Assembly: GCA_963766325.1 (NCBI GenBank)
Contig: CAVXZF010000007.1
Coordinates: 1,191,794-1,255,793, forward strand
DNA length: 64,000 bases
Source of the DNA: an uncultured Actinomycetota bacterium
Lineage (GTDB): Bacteria; Actinomycetota; Actinomycetes; Mycobacteriales; CADCTP01
Reading direction: 5' to 3'
The first letter of the stretch is position 1. Each line of letters opens with the position of its first letter. Position numbers and translations under genes: made by a program. Of the stretch, positions 18,260 to 28,275 are shown piece by piece. The notes under the pieces were generated by a model. It was not told where the DNA came from and did no database searches. It saw nothing but the letters and a program-made list of their open reading frames with translations.

Positions 18260-19465
18260 TCAGCGCTCCCGCGGCGGCCCAACGGGATAGGGCGGCGGGG
18301 CCAGCGGCCGCGGATCCCGGGGGAAGGCGTCGGCGACCTCCGCGGCCAGCTCCAGCAGCGATGCCCGGGTCGCCCCGGACAGCTCGCCGAGGTCCACCTC
18401 GGCCCCCTCCTCCAGGTGGGGGTCGTACGGGATGCGCGTGACCGCCCGGCAGCGGGCGGCGAAGTGCGCCTCCAGCTTGTCCAGGTCGACGCCGCCGGAC
18501 TTCGGCCGCACCGAGTTGATCACCGCCACTGAGTTGCGCACCAGCTCATCGCGGCCGTGCGCCTCCAGCCAGTCCAGCGTCGCGCTGGCGCTGCGCGCGC
18601 CGTCCACCGACCCGGAGCTGACCAGCACGATCTGGTCGGCCAGATCGAGCACCCCCGCCATCGCCGAGTGCAGCAGGCCGGTGCCGCAGTCGGTGAGCAC
18701 GATGTTGTAGAAGCGCTCCAGCACCGCGGCGACGGTCCGGTAGTCGCTCTCGCTGAACGCGGTCGACACCGCCGGGTCCGATTCCGACGCGAGCACCTCG
18801 AGCCGGTCGGCCGACTGGGAGGTGTAGCGCCGGACGTCGAAGTAGTGTCGGATCGAGTCCACGTCGTTGAGCAGGTTGCGGACCGTCGCGACCGTCTCCA
18901 GCGGGATCTTGCCCGAGAGCGTGCCGCGGTCCGGGTTGGCGTCGACGGCGATCACCCGGTCGCCGCGCAGTGAGGCCAGCGTCGCGCCGAGCGTCACCGT
19001 GGTGGTGGTCTTGCCGACCCCGCCCTTGAGGCTGATCACCGCGATCCGGTAGCACCCGCGAACCGGCACCGACGCGCGGGCGACCAGCTCCTGCCGGCGG
19101 CGGTCCTCAGGCGACTGGCCCGGGTTCAGGGTGTGCGCGGTCAGCGTGTAGACGGCGCGCCGCCAGCCGGTCTGCGGGGTCGCGCGGCGCTGCCGGAGCA
19201 GGGACTGCGCGGTCAGCTCCTCCACGCTCGGCGGTGGTCCTCCTTGCGGCCTCGGCGCTCCGCCCTGCGGCCCGTGCCTCGCGTACGCCCCTTCACTCTG
19301 CGCCGCCCCGCCCAGCGGCCCGCCGCCCTGCTGAGCCCCGCCCTGTGGCACCCCACCCTGTGGCGGCGCACCCCGTGGCGGCGCCCCGTGCTGCGCGCCG
19401 CCCTGCGGCCACCCGACCTGCTGGACACCCTGGACACCGCCCTGCTGGACACACGTGGACACCAC
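18260..19465 (-). CDS. ParA/MinD-family (SIMIBI) ATPase with a Gly/Gln/Pro-rich N-terminal region
   Basis: Deviant Walker A in IAVISLKGGVGKTTTTVTLG, plus VLTDCG and IVLVSSGS motifs. The start shown is the first in-frame GTG, but compositional continuity suggests it may be the C-terminal part of the upstream 19293-21965 ORF after a frame change (see findings). Confidence 0.8.
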   Translation of the reverse strand: MVSTCVQQGGVQGVQQVGWPQGGAQHGAPPRGAPPQGGVPQGGAQQGGGPLGGAAQSEGAYARHGPQGGAPRPQGGPPPSVEELTAQSLLRQRRATPQTGWRRAVYTLTAHTLNPGQSPEDRRRQELVARASVPVRGCYRIAVISLKGGVGKTTTTVTLGATLASLRGDRVIAVDANPDRGTLSGKIPLETVATVRNLLNDVDSIRHYFDVRRYTSQSADRLEVLASESDPAVSTAFSESDYRTVAAVLERFYNIVLTDCGTGLLHSAMAGVLDLADQIVLVSSGSVDGARSASATLDWLEAHGRDELVRNSVAVINSVRPKSGGVDLDKLEAHFAARCRAVTRIPYDPHLEEGAEVDLGELSGATRASLLELAAEVADAFPRDPRPLAPPPYPVGPPRER

Positions 19466-21965
19466 CGCGCGCAGCACCGCCCGGCGGCCATGCGCCGTGC
19501 GGCCCGCCGCTCTGCGCGGCACCACCCTGCGGCCATGCGGCCCGCGCCGAACCGCCGTGCGGCCCGCTGTCCTGCGAGGCACCCGCCTGCGGCCCCCCGC
19601 CCTGCCATGGCGACGGCCCACCATGCGGACCAGAGGGCGGGGCACCGCCCTGCGACGGCCCGGCCTGCGGGCCGGTGTGCCCGAAGCCCGCCTGCGGCGG
19701 CCCGACTTGCGGAGCACCAGCGTGCAGGCCCGCCTGCGGCGCGCCAGGATACGAACCGCCGGCGTTCGGATCACCGCCCTGCCAGACGCCGCGCGAAGGA
19801 CCCGTCGGGGATGAGGCAGGGAACGAAGGTCCGCCCTGCGAAGAGTCGCCGCCGGCGTGCGTGGTGCCGGACGAGCCGGGCGGCGGACCGCCCGGCTCGA
19901 CGTCGCGCTGCAGCGGCGGAGCGGCACCCGAGGCCGCTGGCTTGTCCGCCTGCGGCTGGTCGGCCGGACCCGCCCAAGGTGATCCGGCTGCACTTGGCGG
20001 CTCCTGCGGGCTATTCGTCCAGCCCGCGTCCTGAGGCCCGGTCGGCGCGGCGGGCTGCACGTCGCTCGCCCACTCCGGGTTCGCCGGCGGACTGCTCGAC
20101 CACCGACCACCGACCACCCGGGCCACCGGCTGCGCCCCGCTCGACCAGCCGGCATCGGCGTCGTCGTACCGCTCGATCGGAGGCTGCGTCTCGCCGGCCC
20201 AACCGGCGTCAGGCTGCGGGTCCGGCGGGCGCTGCTCGCTGCTGTCGTGCTCCGTCTCGTCCGGACCAGTCGACGCGTCGCCGGCCCGGTCACCATGGCT
20301 GAAGGCGGTGCCGGCCCAGTCCACGTCCCGGGTGGTGGTCGGCACCGGACCGTCGGCTGGTGGAGAGTCATCGGCGCCAGCTGAGTGGCCGGTCGCCCAG
20401 TCAGCGTCGCGGGCGCCGAACTGCACGGCTGGTGGATCGGCCGCGGGGTTCTCATCCGCGGGTGGCTCCTCCTGCCGAGCCGTCGGCCGCTCGGCGGTCG
20501 CTTCGGGTGTCGACCCGACCCGGCCAGAACCCCACTGGTCGCTCACTGGCTCACCGCCGTCCTCGGTGCGGTCGCCGCTCCACGGCCCGCGGAGTGGCAC
20601 CCATGTCTGCGATCGTTCGCTCCCGTGCGACTCGGTCCACAGCGGATCGGGTTGCGGCGTCGGCAGTCCGTTGACCGGGCGGCCGGGTCGACCACCGAGG
20701 TCGGGCTGCACGGGGTGCCCCGAGTCGCCGCCCATCGTCCACTGCGGACGGTCAGCTCCGGACGGCGGCGGAGGCGGCTCGACGTCCGGCGCGTCGGGCG
20801 GGGACCATCCGGGCGACGGTTGGTCGGGTGCGGACCAAGACGACGGGCCGGGCGGGCGGCGGGTCCAGTCCGGCCGGCTGCTGGTCTCCTGCTCCGGTCC
20901 GGCCCCACGCAGGTGCGCCAACCATTCGGCGTCGGTGAGCTCGACGGCCGGCTCCGAGCCGCCTTGGCCGGCTCCCTGGGAGGACCAGCTGGCGGCAGGC
21001 GAGCCCAGCTCGTCCGGCGACCACCCGCCCGACGCCGCCGGCTCCGATCGACCCGACTCGGCAGGGCCCACCCCTCCGAGCTCGGTCGCCGACCATCCGC
21101 CACCGCTCGAACCAGCCAGCCCACCGGCCGACCAGTCGCCCCCACCGGACCCACCCGACGCCGTCGGCGCGTCGCTGCGTCCCGGCTCACCCGGAGGCCG
21201 CCCAGTGACACCCGACTCCGTCGCTGACCAGCTGGCGCTGTCGGAGCCTGGTTCACCGGGGAACCGGCCGACACCGCCCGACTCGGTCGGCGACCAGCGT
21301 GAACCGTTGGACTCCGGCCCACCCGCGGGCAGCTCTCCGCCCGCGCCGGCCGGCGACCAGGCGGCGCTGTTTGACCCCGACATGCTCGGGAACCAGCTGG
21401 AGCCGCCCTCCTGCCCCGGCTCACTCGGCGACCCTGCGCTGTGCGGGTCCGGCTCGGCCGGGGACCAGCCGACGTCGGCCGGTGCGGCTGGCTCTGCTTC
21501 GCCTGGCCGGGAGGGCGAGCCGACGGACGACGACTCGGACGGCGGCGGCGGACCCGGCGGGGTCCAGAGCTCCTGATCGGGGTCGTCGAGGCGGCCGACC
21601 GAACCGGCGGACGGGCGGGGTGCCCACGGATCGTCGTCGCGGGCGGGGGTGGACTCCCCGGACAGCACCGCGTCCCAGCTGTCCGGGGCGGACGGCGGGC
21701 TCGGCAGCCGGCCGGCGCCGGGCGGCGGCCAGCCGGCCGCGGGCTCGGGAGCAGGCGGTGCCGGCGGCGGGGGGAAGACCGGCAGGGCTGCCGGATCGCT
21801 CCACGGCGCCGCCTCGGCGCCGGCCGGCTCAGCGGGGCCGTCGGCCGCCTCGGGATGAGGGTCGTGCCTCATCCAGCTCTGCGCCGTGTCCCAGCGGGCG
21901 AGCGCGTCGGCGAGGCCCTCCGGGCCGTCGCGGTCGTCGTCCGCGGAATGACGCCGAGCGCACAC
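19293..21965 (-). CDS. Very large low-complexity (Pro/Gly/Ser/Asp, Trp-punctuated) protein. Its 3' end is probably frame-shifted into the ParA-like ORF.
   Basis: GTG at 21965 with GGGGAGGG 6 nt upstream. 890 codons are open. The real-looking composition ends near 19470, and the last ~55 codons are Arg/Ala-rich off-frame-like sequence. Confidence 0.6.
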   Translation of the reverse strand: MCARRHSADDDRDGPEGLADALARWDTAQSWMRHDPHPEAADGPAEPAGAEAAPWSDPAALPVFPPPPAPPAPEPAAGWPPPGAGRLPSPPSAPDSWDAVLSGESTPARDDDPWAPRPSAGSVGRLDDPDQELWTPPGPPPPSESSSVGSPSRPGEAEPAAPADVGWSPAEPDPHSAGSPSEPGQEGGSSWFPSMSGSNSAAWSPAGAGGELPAGGPESNGSRWSPTESGGVGRFPGEPGSDSASWSATESGVTGRPPGEPGRSDAPTASGGSGGGDWSAGGLAGSSGGGWSATELGGVGPAESGRSEPAASGGWSPDELGSPAASWSSQGAGQGGSEPAVELTDAEWLAHLRGAGPEQETSSRPDWTRRPPGPSSWSAPDQPSPGWSPPDAPDVEPPPPPSGADRPQWTMGGDSGHPVQPDLGGRPGRPVNGLPTPQPDPLWTESHGSERSQTWVPLRGPWSGDRTEDGGEPVSDQWGSGRVGSTPEATAERPTARQEEPPADENPAADPPAVQFGARDADWATGHSAGADDSPPADGPVPTTTRDVDWAGTAFSHGDRAGDASTGPDETEHDSSEQRPPDPQPDAGWAGETQPPIERYDDADAGWSSGAQPVARVVGGRWSSSPPANPEWASDVQPAAPTGPQDAGWTNSPQEPPSAAGSPWAGPADQPQADKPAASGAAPPLQRDVEPGGPPPGSSGTTHAGGDSSQGGPSFPASSPTGPSRGVWQGGDPNAGGSYPGAPQAGLHAGAPQVGPPQAGFGHTGPQAGPSQGGAPPSGPHGGPSPWQGGGPQAGASQDSGPHGGSARAAWPQGGAAQSGGPHGAWPPGGAARGGVHVCPAGRCPGCPAGRVAAGRRAARGAATGCAATGWGATGRGSAGRRAAGRGGAE

Positions 21966-22020
21966 CGGAGACCCTCCCCTTGTCGCCTCGCGGCCAGCCT
22001 AGTGCCGTGCCGACCGGAAA

Positions 22021-23034
22021 TCAGGTCAAACCGGCATAAGAGTGCAGGCCGGAGATGACCATGTTGACCACGAAGAAGTTGAAGATCATCGTCGCGAAGG
22101 CGACGAGGTTGACCCGGGCGGCCGCCGTGCCGCGCCAGCCCGCGGTGGCGCGGGCGTGCAGGTAGGCCGCGTAGACGACCCAGGTGATGAAGGCCCAGGT
22201 CTCCTTGGGGTCCCAGCCCCAGTAGCGGCCCCAGGCCGCCTCGGCCCAGATCGCCCCGGAGATGATCCCGAAGGTGTAGATCGGGAAGCCGAAGGCGACC
22301 GTCCGGTATGCCATCTTGTCGAGCACCTCGGCGGAGGGCAGTCGCCAGCCCAGCGTCACCGGGAAGCGCTTGGGGGTGCGGCCGGCCTCGGTGGCCTGCT
22401 CCCACTGGCGGCGGACCAGGTAGAGCACCGTGCCGACGAAGCTGACCAGGAAGATGCCGGTGCCGATCGCGACCGTGGTGACGTGGATGACGATCCAGTA
22501 GGACCGGAGGGCGGGCACCAGCGGCGAGGCGTCGGAGTAGAGCACCGTGCCGGCGAGGAAGAGCAGCACCACGACCGGCATCAGCAGGAACATGCCGAGG
22601 TAGCGCACCTGCGGCAGCCGGACCAGCACGCCGAGGAAGGCGGCGACCCCGGCGGCGCCGACCACCGAGGCGAACTCGTACATGTTGCCCCAGGGGACGC
22701 GGTCGGTGGCCAGGCCGCGGGTGGTCAGCGACGCGAGCTGCAGGGCCAGGCCGACGGCGGTGGCCGCCACCCCGATCCGGCCGAACCGGTCGGCCCGCGT
22801 CTGCTGGGTCTCCGGGGTGGCGCGGGGCGGCGGCGTGCGGTCCACCGAGACGGCCCCGACCGCCGACCGGGCGCCGACCAGCGCGGGTGCCTCCGCCGTG
22901 GCCGCGACCTTGCCCCGGCGACCGAACGCATATTCCGCGCAGTAGCTCACCAGGGCGACGCTGTAGATCAGGATCGCCCAGACGAAGAGCTGGTCGGACA
23001 GGCTCGCGAGGCCGGCGTCGACGGGCACGGTCAA
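22021..23034 (-). CDS. ccsB: Cytochrome c biogenesis protein CcsB/ResC (heme-handling, system II)
   Basis: 337-aa polytopic protein with the Trp-rich heme-handling motif WGRYWGWDPKETWAFITW and conserved His residues. Confidence 0.92.
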   Translation of the reverse strand: MTVPVDAGLASLSDQLFVWAILIYSVALVSYCAEYAFGRRGKVAATAEAPALVGARSAVGAVSVDRTPPPRATPETQQTRADRFGRIGVAATAVGLALQLASLTTRGLATDRVPWGNMYEFASVVGAAGVAAFLGVLVRLPQVRYLGMFLLMPVVVLLFLAGTVLYSDASPLVPALRSYWIVIHVTTVAIGTGIFLVSFVGTVLYLVRRQWEQATEAGRTPKRFPVTLGWRLPSAEVLDKMAYRTVAFGFPIYTFGIISGAIWAEAAWGRYWGWDPKETWAFITWVVYAAYLHARATAGWRGTAAARVNLVAFATMIFNFFVVNMVISGLHSYAGLT

Positions 23035-24746
23035 TCCTTCCTTCCCGCGGCGGAGTCGCGGAGCCGCTCCACCACACCGGCGAACTCGGAGTTGAAACCG
23101 CCGGAGTCGGTGCGGGCGAGCCCCCCGACCGCGACCACACTACGGGCCGGCGCGCTCCCGGTCGCGTCGTCCTCCACAGGAGGCGGATCATCCCCAGATT
23201 GGCCGGAGTCCCTTGACCCGGCCCCGACCGGCGTGATGCGGAGGAAGACCCGGCGCCGGCGTACCGCGAGGGAGAGCAGCAGGCCGAGCACCACCGCGCC
23301 CGACGCCAGCAGCACGCTGAGCTGGCCGGGGTCGCGGTTGACCTGGATCGTCGCCCACTCCCGGTAGCCCTCGAAGGTGACGGTGGTCCCGTCGTCGAGC
23401 TTGGTGGACTTGCCCGGGGTGAGCGTCGCGGTCGCCACCTCCTTGAGGGCGCCGCTGTCCACCTGCCGCTGGTCGATGTTGTAGACCGACTGCGGCCGGC
23501 CGCTGTCCAGCCCGAGATCGCCGCGGTAGACCACGACCGCGACGCCCGGCGCCAGCGGCTGCGAGGACGCCGACCAGATCGAGCCGTCCTCGCGGGCCAC
23601 CGCGGCCGGCGCGAACTGCCCGTACAGCGCGATCTGCGGTTGCACCTCGTCGAGCAGCTTGATCGCGCCCTCGCTGAGCAGCGCGCCGTCTTGCGGGAGG
23701 AACGGCGCGGCGACGTCGGCGACGACCTTGCCCTCCGGCGAGCGCACCGTGAAGCGCGGCGAGAATCCGTGGCTGACCAGGTAGACCCGGACGCCCTCGA
23801 CGCGGAGCGGCTCGTTGACGCGGAGCGGGTATTGGCGGGCGGAGCCGTCCTCGCCCACCGTGTACGTGATGTCGGCGCGGAACTCCGACGGCGTCCCGTC
23901 CGGGTCGTACGTCGCAGTGAAGTCGTCCAGCTTGTCGATGCAGAACGGGGCGAGCCCGGCCCCGTCCACCAGCCGGCCCGGCCGGAACGAGTCGTACAGC
24001 GGGACGGCGTTGCAGAAGCCGGCGTCGCCCTCGGTGACCAGCACCGTGCCCTGGTAGCCCCAGAGCCGGCCGGCCGCGATGCCGGCCAGCAGCACCACCA
24101 GGGCGGTGTGGAAAAGCAGGTTGCCGGTCTCCCGCAGGAACCCGCGCTCGGCGGCCACCGTGACCACCCCGCCCGGCTCGGTCCGGGTCACCGTCCGCCA
24201 GCCGCGCAACCGCCGGGTGGCGTCGGCGGCGACCGCCTCGGGCGTGCCGTCCGCCTCCCACGACCCCGACTCGGGCAGGCGCTCCAGCCGGCGCGGCACC
24301 GCCGGTGGCGGGCTCAGCATCGCCTGGGCGTGCAGCCGCAGCCGCGGGACCACGCAGCCGAGCAGCGAGATGAACAGCAGCAGGTAGATCGCGGCGAACC
24401 AGGGGGCGGCGAAGACGTCGAAGAACCCGGCGGCGTCGAGCACCTTGGACAGCTGCGGGTGCTCGGCGATGTAGTCGTCGACCCGGATCGGGTTGAGCGG
24501 GCGCTGCGGCAGCAGCGAGCCCGGCACCGAGGCCAGCGCGAGCAGGAAGAGCAGCACCAGCGCGGTGCGCATGCTGGTCAGCCGGCGCCAGCCGTTGCGG
24601 ACGGTGGCCAGCAGGCTGCCGGCCGGGCCGGGGCGGACCGGCTGCGGCTGGGTGGAGAGCTCGGCCGGCTGGACGTCCGCGACGGCCAGCGCGCCCGGGT
24701 CGTCCTCCCCGGCCGGGCGGACCGGCGTCTGCGGTGTCGCGGTCAC
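23031..24746 (-). CDS. resB: Cytochrome c biogenesis protein ResB/CcsA-partner (system II)
   Basis: 571 aa. N-terminal ResB signature WRRLTSMRTALVLLFLLALASVPGSLLPQR, a large extracytoplasmic domain, and a C-terminal TM helix. GTG at 24746 in a GTGA overlap with ccdA. Confidence 0.9.
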   Translation of the reverse strand: MTATPQTPVRPAGEDDPGALAVADVQPAELSTQPQPVRPGPAGSLLATVRNGWRRLTSMRTALVLLFLLALASVPGSLLPQRPLNPIRVDDYIAEHPQLSKVLDAAGFFDVFAAPWFAAIYLLLFISLLGCVVPRLRLHAQAMLSPPPAVPRRLERLPESGSWEADGTPEAVAADATRRLRGWRTVTRTEPGGVVTVAAERGFLRETGNLLFHTALVVLLAGIAAGRLWGYQGTVLVTEGDAGFCNAVPLYDSFRPGRLVDGAGLAPFCIDKLDDFTATYDPDGTPSEFRADITYTVGEDGSARQYPLRVNEPLRVEGVRVYLVSHGFSPRFTVRSPEGKVVADVAAPFLPQDGALLSEGAIKLLDEVQPQIALYGQFAPAAVAREDGSIWSASSQPLAPGVAVVVYRGDLGLDSGRPQSVYNIDQRQVDSGALKEVATATLTPGKSTKLDDGTTVTFEGYREWATIQVNRDPGQLSVLLASGAVVLGLLLSLAVRRRRVFLRITPVGAGSRDSGQSGDDPPPVEDDATGSAPARSVVAVGGLARTDSGGFNSEFAGVVERLRDSAAGRKD

Positions 24747-25567
24747 AGCGACGTCCCGATCCCGGTCGCGCCGGCCCACGACCGCAGCTCGATCATCAGC
24801 TCGCCCCAGACCCCGGTGAGCAGCAGCAGGCCGAGCAGCACCAGCAGGCCGCCCCCGACGTACGTCACCGTCGCGGCGTGCCGACGGACCACGCCGAGCG
24901 CGCCGACGAGCCAGCGGGTGCCCAGTGCCACCAGCACGAACGGGACGCCGAGACCGAGGCAGTAGGCCACCGAGAGCAGCGCGCCGCGGCCCGCGCCGGC
25001 CTGCGAGAGCGCCAGCGACTGCACCGCGCCGAGCGTCGGGCCGATGCACGGCGTCCAGCCGAGCCCGAATACGACGCCCAGCAGCGGCGCGCCGGCCAGC
25101 CCGGTCGCCGGCAGCCGACGGATGCGCAGGTCCCGGGACAGCCCGGGCAGCACGCCGAGGAAGGCCAGCCCGAGCAACACGACCACCACGCCGAGCACCC
25201 GCTCCAGCGTGCGCTGGTGCTCCAGCAGCAGCCCGCCGAGCCGACCGAAGAGCACCCCGTACGCCACGAAGACCGCGGTGAAGCCGAGCACGAACAGCAC
25301 GGCGCCGGCCACCACGCGCATCCGCGGCGGAGCCGCCGTCGCGACCGCCGTCCCGCCGCCGGCCGTCTGCTCGCCCTCCTCGCGGGCGGTGGCATCCACA
25401 CCGGACAGGCCGGTCACGTACGACAGGTAGCCGGGGACCAGGGGGAGCACGCACGGGGAGAGGAAGCTGATCAACCCGACGAGTGCGGCGACCAGCGCGG
25501 CGACCAGCAGTGGGCCGTCGGCGACGAGGTCGGCGAAGGTCTCGCCGGCGCCGGCCGCGAGGGTCAC
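24743..25567 (-). CDS. ccdA: Cytochrome c-type biogenesis thiol-reductant transporter CcdA (DsbD-family core)
   Basis: 274 aa, 6-8 TM helices, with the two conserved Cys in SFLSPCVLPLVPGY and GWTPCIGPTLG. Confidence 0.9.
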   Translation of the reverse strand: MTLAAGAGETFADLVADGPLLVAALVAALVGLISFLSPCVLPLVPGYLSYVTGLSGVDATAREEGEQTAGGGTAVATAAPPRMRVVAGAVLFVLGFTAVFVAYGVLFGRLGGLLLEHQRTLERVLGVVVVLLGLAFLGVLPGLSRDLRIRRLPATGLAGAPLLGVVFGLGWTPCIGPTLGAVQSLALSQAGAGRGALLSVAYCLGLGVPFVLVALGTRWLVGALGVVRRHAATVTYVGGGLLVLLGLLLLTGVWGELMIELRSWAGATGIGTSL

Positions 25568-26181
25568 CGCTCCGCCGCCAACCGCTTGACCACGGGCTCG
25601 ATGTCCTCGCGGACCAGCGCGGTCGGATAGACCGCCGCCACCCGGCCCTGCTTGTCGACCACGATCGTGTACGGCAGGCCGATGCCCGGGAAGTCACGGA
25701 ACCGCAGGATCACCTTGCCGACCGCGTCGAACAGGCTCGGGTAGGTGATCTTCTTCCCCGCCACGAAGGCGGCGGCGGCCTCCTCGCGGTCCTTGACCGC
25801 GACGCCGACGAACTCCACCCCGGCACCGTTGGTCGCCTTGTACGCCTCGTCGAAGTCCGGCGACTCGACCCGGCAGGGCGCGCACCACGACGCCCAGAAG
25901 TTGAGCACGACGACCTTGCCGCGCTGCTCGGCCAGGGCCCAGGAGCCGCCGCCGAGCAGGTCGCCGGTGACCGCCGGCGCGGCCCTCCGGTCGGCCTCCG
26001 GGATGAGCTCGCCCTTGCCGGTCCCGGCGACGAACCGGAACTCCCCGCCGGCGGCCTGGTCGACCGCGTCCGTGCCGCCGCTGCACCCGGCGACGGCCGC
26101 GAGGAGCAGCGTCAGCAGGACGACGAGCGGACGGCGGAACGGAGGCACCGCTCCAGTGTCACCGCAGGCCATCGGGGTCAT
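25564..26181 (-). CDS. TlpA/ResA-family thiol-disulfide oxidoreductase lipoprotein
   Basis: Lipobox LLLAAVAGCSGG. Thioredoxin active site FWASWCAPCRVE. Confidence 0.9.
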   Translation of the reverse strand: MTPMACGDTGAVPPFRRPLVVLLTLLLAAVAGCSGGTDAVDQAAGGEFRFVAGTGKGELIPEADRRAAPAVTGDLLGGGSWALAEQRGKVVVLNFWASWCAPCRVESPDFDEAYKATNGAGVEFVGVAVKDREEAAAAFVAGKKITYPSLFDAVGKVILRFRDFPGIGLPYTIVVDKQGRVAAVYPTALVREDIEPVVKRLAAER

Positions 26182-26810
26182 GCACCCGGGGTGGTGCCCT
26201 CGGGCTCAGGCCCGGCGGGCTCGCTGTAGACCACGCTGAGCACCCGGTCGCCGTCGAAGGTGATGCTGGTCAGCGAGGCCAGCCCGCACTGCCGGTGGGT
26301 CGGCACGTGCGACAGCGGCTTGCGCTCGACCAGCCGGCGCAGCGTCCAGATCGGGAGCTGGTGGCTGACGCAGACCGCCTCGTGGCCCTCGGCCGCGTCG
26401 CGGGCCGCCCAGGCGGCGGCGAGCATCCGGGACGCGATCTGCCGGTAGGGCTCCCCCCAGGACGGGCGGAACGGGTTGCGCAGCCGGGGCCAGGCGGTCG
26501 GGTGCAGCCAGGCCCGGTCACCGGGGCCGAACGGCTTGCCCTGGAAGGAGTTTTCCGCCTCCAGCAGCCGGTCGTCGATGTGCACCGACAGCCCGAGCGC
26601 CTCCGCCAGCGGGGCCGAGGTCTCCTGAGCCCGCTCCAGCGGGGACGACACCAGGTGCACGATGTCCCGGTCGGAGATCTTCTTGGCCACCCGCTCGGCC
26701 ATGCCGCGGCCCATGGCGGACAGGTGCCACCCAGGAAGCCGCCCATACATGATGTGGTCGGGGTTTTCGACCTCGCCGTGCCGGAGCATGTGAACGATCG
26801 TCGGCGTCAC
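26178..26810 (-). CDS. Histidine phosphatase (phosphoglycerate-mutase-like) family protein
   Basis: RHG catalytic motif in [13 protein letters not shown], plus [13 protein letters not shown] at 26810 in a GTGA overlap with hemL. The 245-aa track ORF is over-extended. Confidence 0.85.
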   Translation of the reverse strand: MTPTIVHMLRHGEVENPDHIMYGRLPGWHLSAMGRGMAERVAKKISDRDIVHLVSSPLERAQETSAPLAEALGLSVHIDDRLLEAENSFQGKPFGPGDRAWLHPTAWPRLRNPFRPSWGEPYRQIASRMLAAAWAARDAAEGHEAVCVSHQLPIWTLRRLVERKPLSHVPTHRQCGLASLTSITFDGDRVLSVVYSEPAGPEPEGTTPGA

Positions 26811-28126
26811 CGGTCCCCCTCGGATGTGGCGGCCGCCGCGGCGCGGGCGGCCTCGGGCAGCGCGTCGGCCACCCGGTCGAGCACCGCGTCGTCGTGCGCG
26901 GCGGAGACGAACCACGCCTCGAACGCCGACGGCGGCAGGTAGACCCCGCGGGCCAGCATCGCGTGGAAGAACGGCGGGTAGCGCCAGGCCTGCTGGGCCC
27001 GGGCACCGTCGTAGTCGCGCACCGGCTCCTCGGTGAAGAAGACGGAGAACAGGCTGCCGGCGGTCTGCACCCGATGCGGGACGCCCTCCTTGGTCAGCGC
27101 CTCAGCCACCATCCTGGCCACGGTCGCGGCCGCGGCGTCGACCCGCAGATAGACCTCCTCGGTGCAGGCCCGCAGGGTGGCCAGTCCGGCCGCCACGGCC
27201 ACCGGATTGCCCGACAGGGTGCCGGCCTGGTAGACCGGGCCGGCCGGGGCCAGCCGGGCCATCACCTCGGCCCGGCCGCCGAAGGCCGCCGCCGGCAGCC
27301 CGCCGCTCATCACCTTGCCGAACGTGAACAGGTCCGCCTCGACCGGGTCCAGCCCGAACCACCCCGACGGGGACACCCGGAAGCCGGTCATGACCTCGTC
27401 GAGGACGAGCAGCGCACCGTGCTCGGCGGTGATCCGGCGGAGCTCGGCGTTGAACCCGTCCAGCGGCGGGACGGCGCCCATGTTGGCCGCCGCGGCCTCG
27501 GTGATCACGCAGGCGATCTCGTCCCCACGCTCGGCGAAGGCGGCTTCCACCGCGGCCACGTCGTTGTACGGCAGGACGATCGTGTCGCCGGCCTGGGCGC
27601 CGGTCACCCCGGGGGTGTCGGGCAGGGCGAGGGTCGCGACGCCGGAGCCGGCGGCGGCCAGCAGCGCGTCGACATGACCGTGGTAGCAGCCGGCGAACTT
27701 GACCACCCGGCTCCGGCCGGTCGCCCCGCGGGCCAGCCGGATCGCCGACATCGTGGCCTCGGTCCCGCTGTTGACCAGCCGGACCTGGTCCACCGGCGCG
27801 ACCCGCGACACGATCTCCTCGGCCAGCTCGACCTCGCCGGCCGTCGGCGTGCCGAAGCTGGTGCCGCGGGCGGCCGCGAAGGAGATCGCCTGCACCACCG
27901 ACGGGTGCGCGTGGCCGAGGATCATCGGCCCCCAGGAGCAGACGAGGTCCACGTATTCGCGGCCGTCGACGTCGTACAGCATGGCGCCGGTCCCGGCGAT
28001 CATGAAGCGCGGGGTGCCGCCGACGGCCCGGAACGCCCGGACCGGCGAGTTGACACCGCCGGGGGTCACGGCCATCGCCCGGTCGAAGAGCGCCTGCGAC
28101 GCCGGGGCCTCGTACGGGTGGGTCAC
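26807..28126 (-). CDS. hemL: Glutamate-1-semialdehyde 2,1-aminomutase
   Basis: 439-aa class-III aminotransferase. [20 protein letters not shown], and the PLP-Lys context [10 protein letters not shown]. Confidence 0.95.
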   Translation of the reverse strand: MTHPYEAPASQALFDRAMAVTPGGVNSPVRAFRAVGGTPRFMIAGTGAMLYDVDGREYVDLVCSWGPMILGHAHPSVVQAISFAAARGTSFGTPTAGEVELAEEIVSRVAPVDQVRLVNSGTEATMSAIRLARGATGRSRVVKFAGCYHGHVDALLAAAGSGVATLALPDTPGVTGAQAGDTIVLPYNDVAAVEAAFAERGDEIACVITEAAAANMGAVPPLDGFNAELRRITAEHGALLVLDEVMTGFRVSPSGWFGLDPVEADLFTFGKVMSGGLPAAAFGGRAEVMARLAPAGPVYQAGTLSGNPVAVAAGLATLRACTEEVYLRVDAAAATVARMVAEALTKEGVPHRVQTAGSLFSVFFTEEPVRDYDGARAQQAWRYPPFFHAMLARGVYLPPSAFEAWFVSAAHDDAVLDRVADALPEAARAAAAATSEGDR

Positions 28127-28275
28127 CGGGCCAGTCTCGCAGCCCTGGCCGGTGCCGCCAGGCGAGGGATGGAAGCTGTGGACAACCGGCGGCTATCCAC
28201 AGTCACCCTGACGGGGAATGGGGGATCGGGTTAGTGTCGACGGGGTGACCAGGGAGCCGGACGGAGGAGGCGGAA

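Noticed and set aside
15163-18282. 1039-aa minus ORF, and similar over-extended track ORFs (23031-25697, 29666-32173 upstream of 31324, 32853-34685, 37169-39760).
   Set aside because: These are concatenations of a real gene with upstream out-of-context sequence that overlaps the preceding gene in another frame. In each case the real start was placed at the GTGA/ATGA coupling site or at an RBS-supported start.
28127-28275. Possible c-di-AMP (ydaO-type) riboswitch in the 150-nt leader of the lytic transglycosylase gene. It contains two ACGGGG motifs and CCAGGGAGCC.
   Set aside because: The conserved ydaO elements I recall are not present: GGGGACCCA, GGGGUGAAUC pairing partners and the AGCUAACCUCGUAAGC-like 3' segment. 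The similarity is limited to short G-rich words that are common at this GC content. A covariance-model scan (Rfam RF00379) would settle it.
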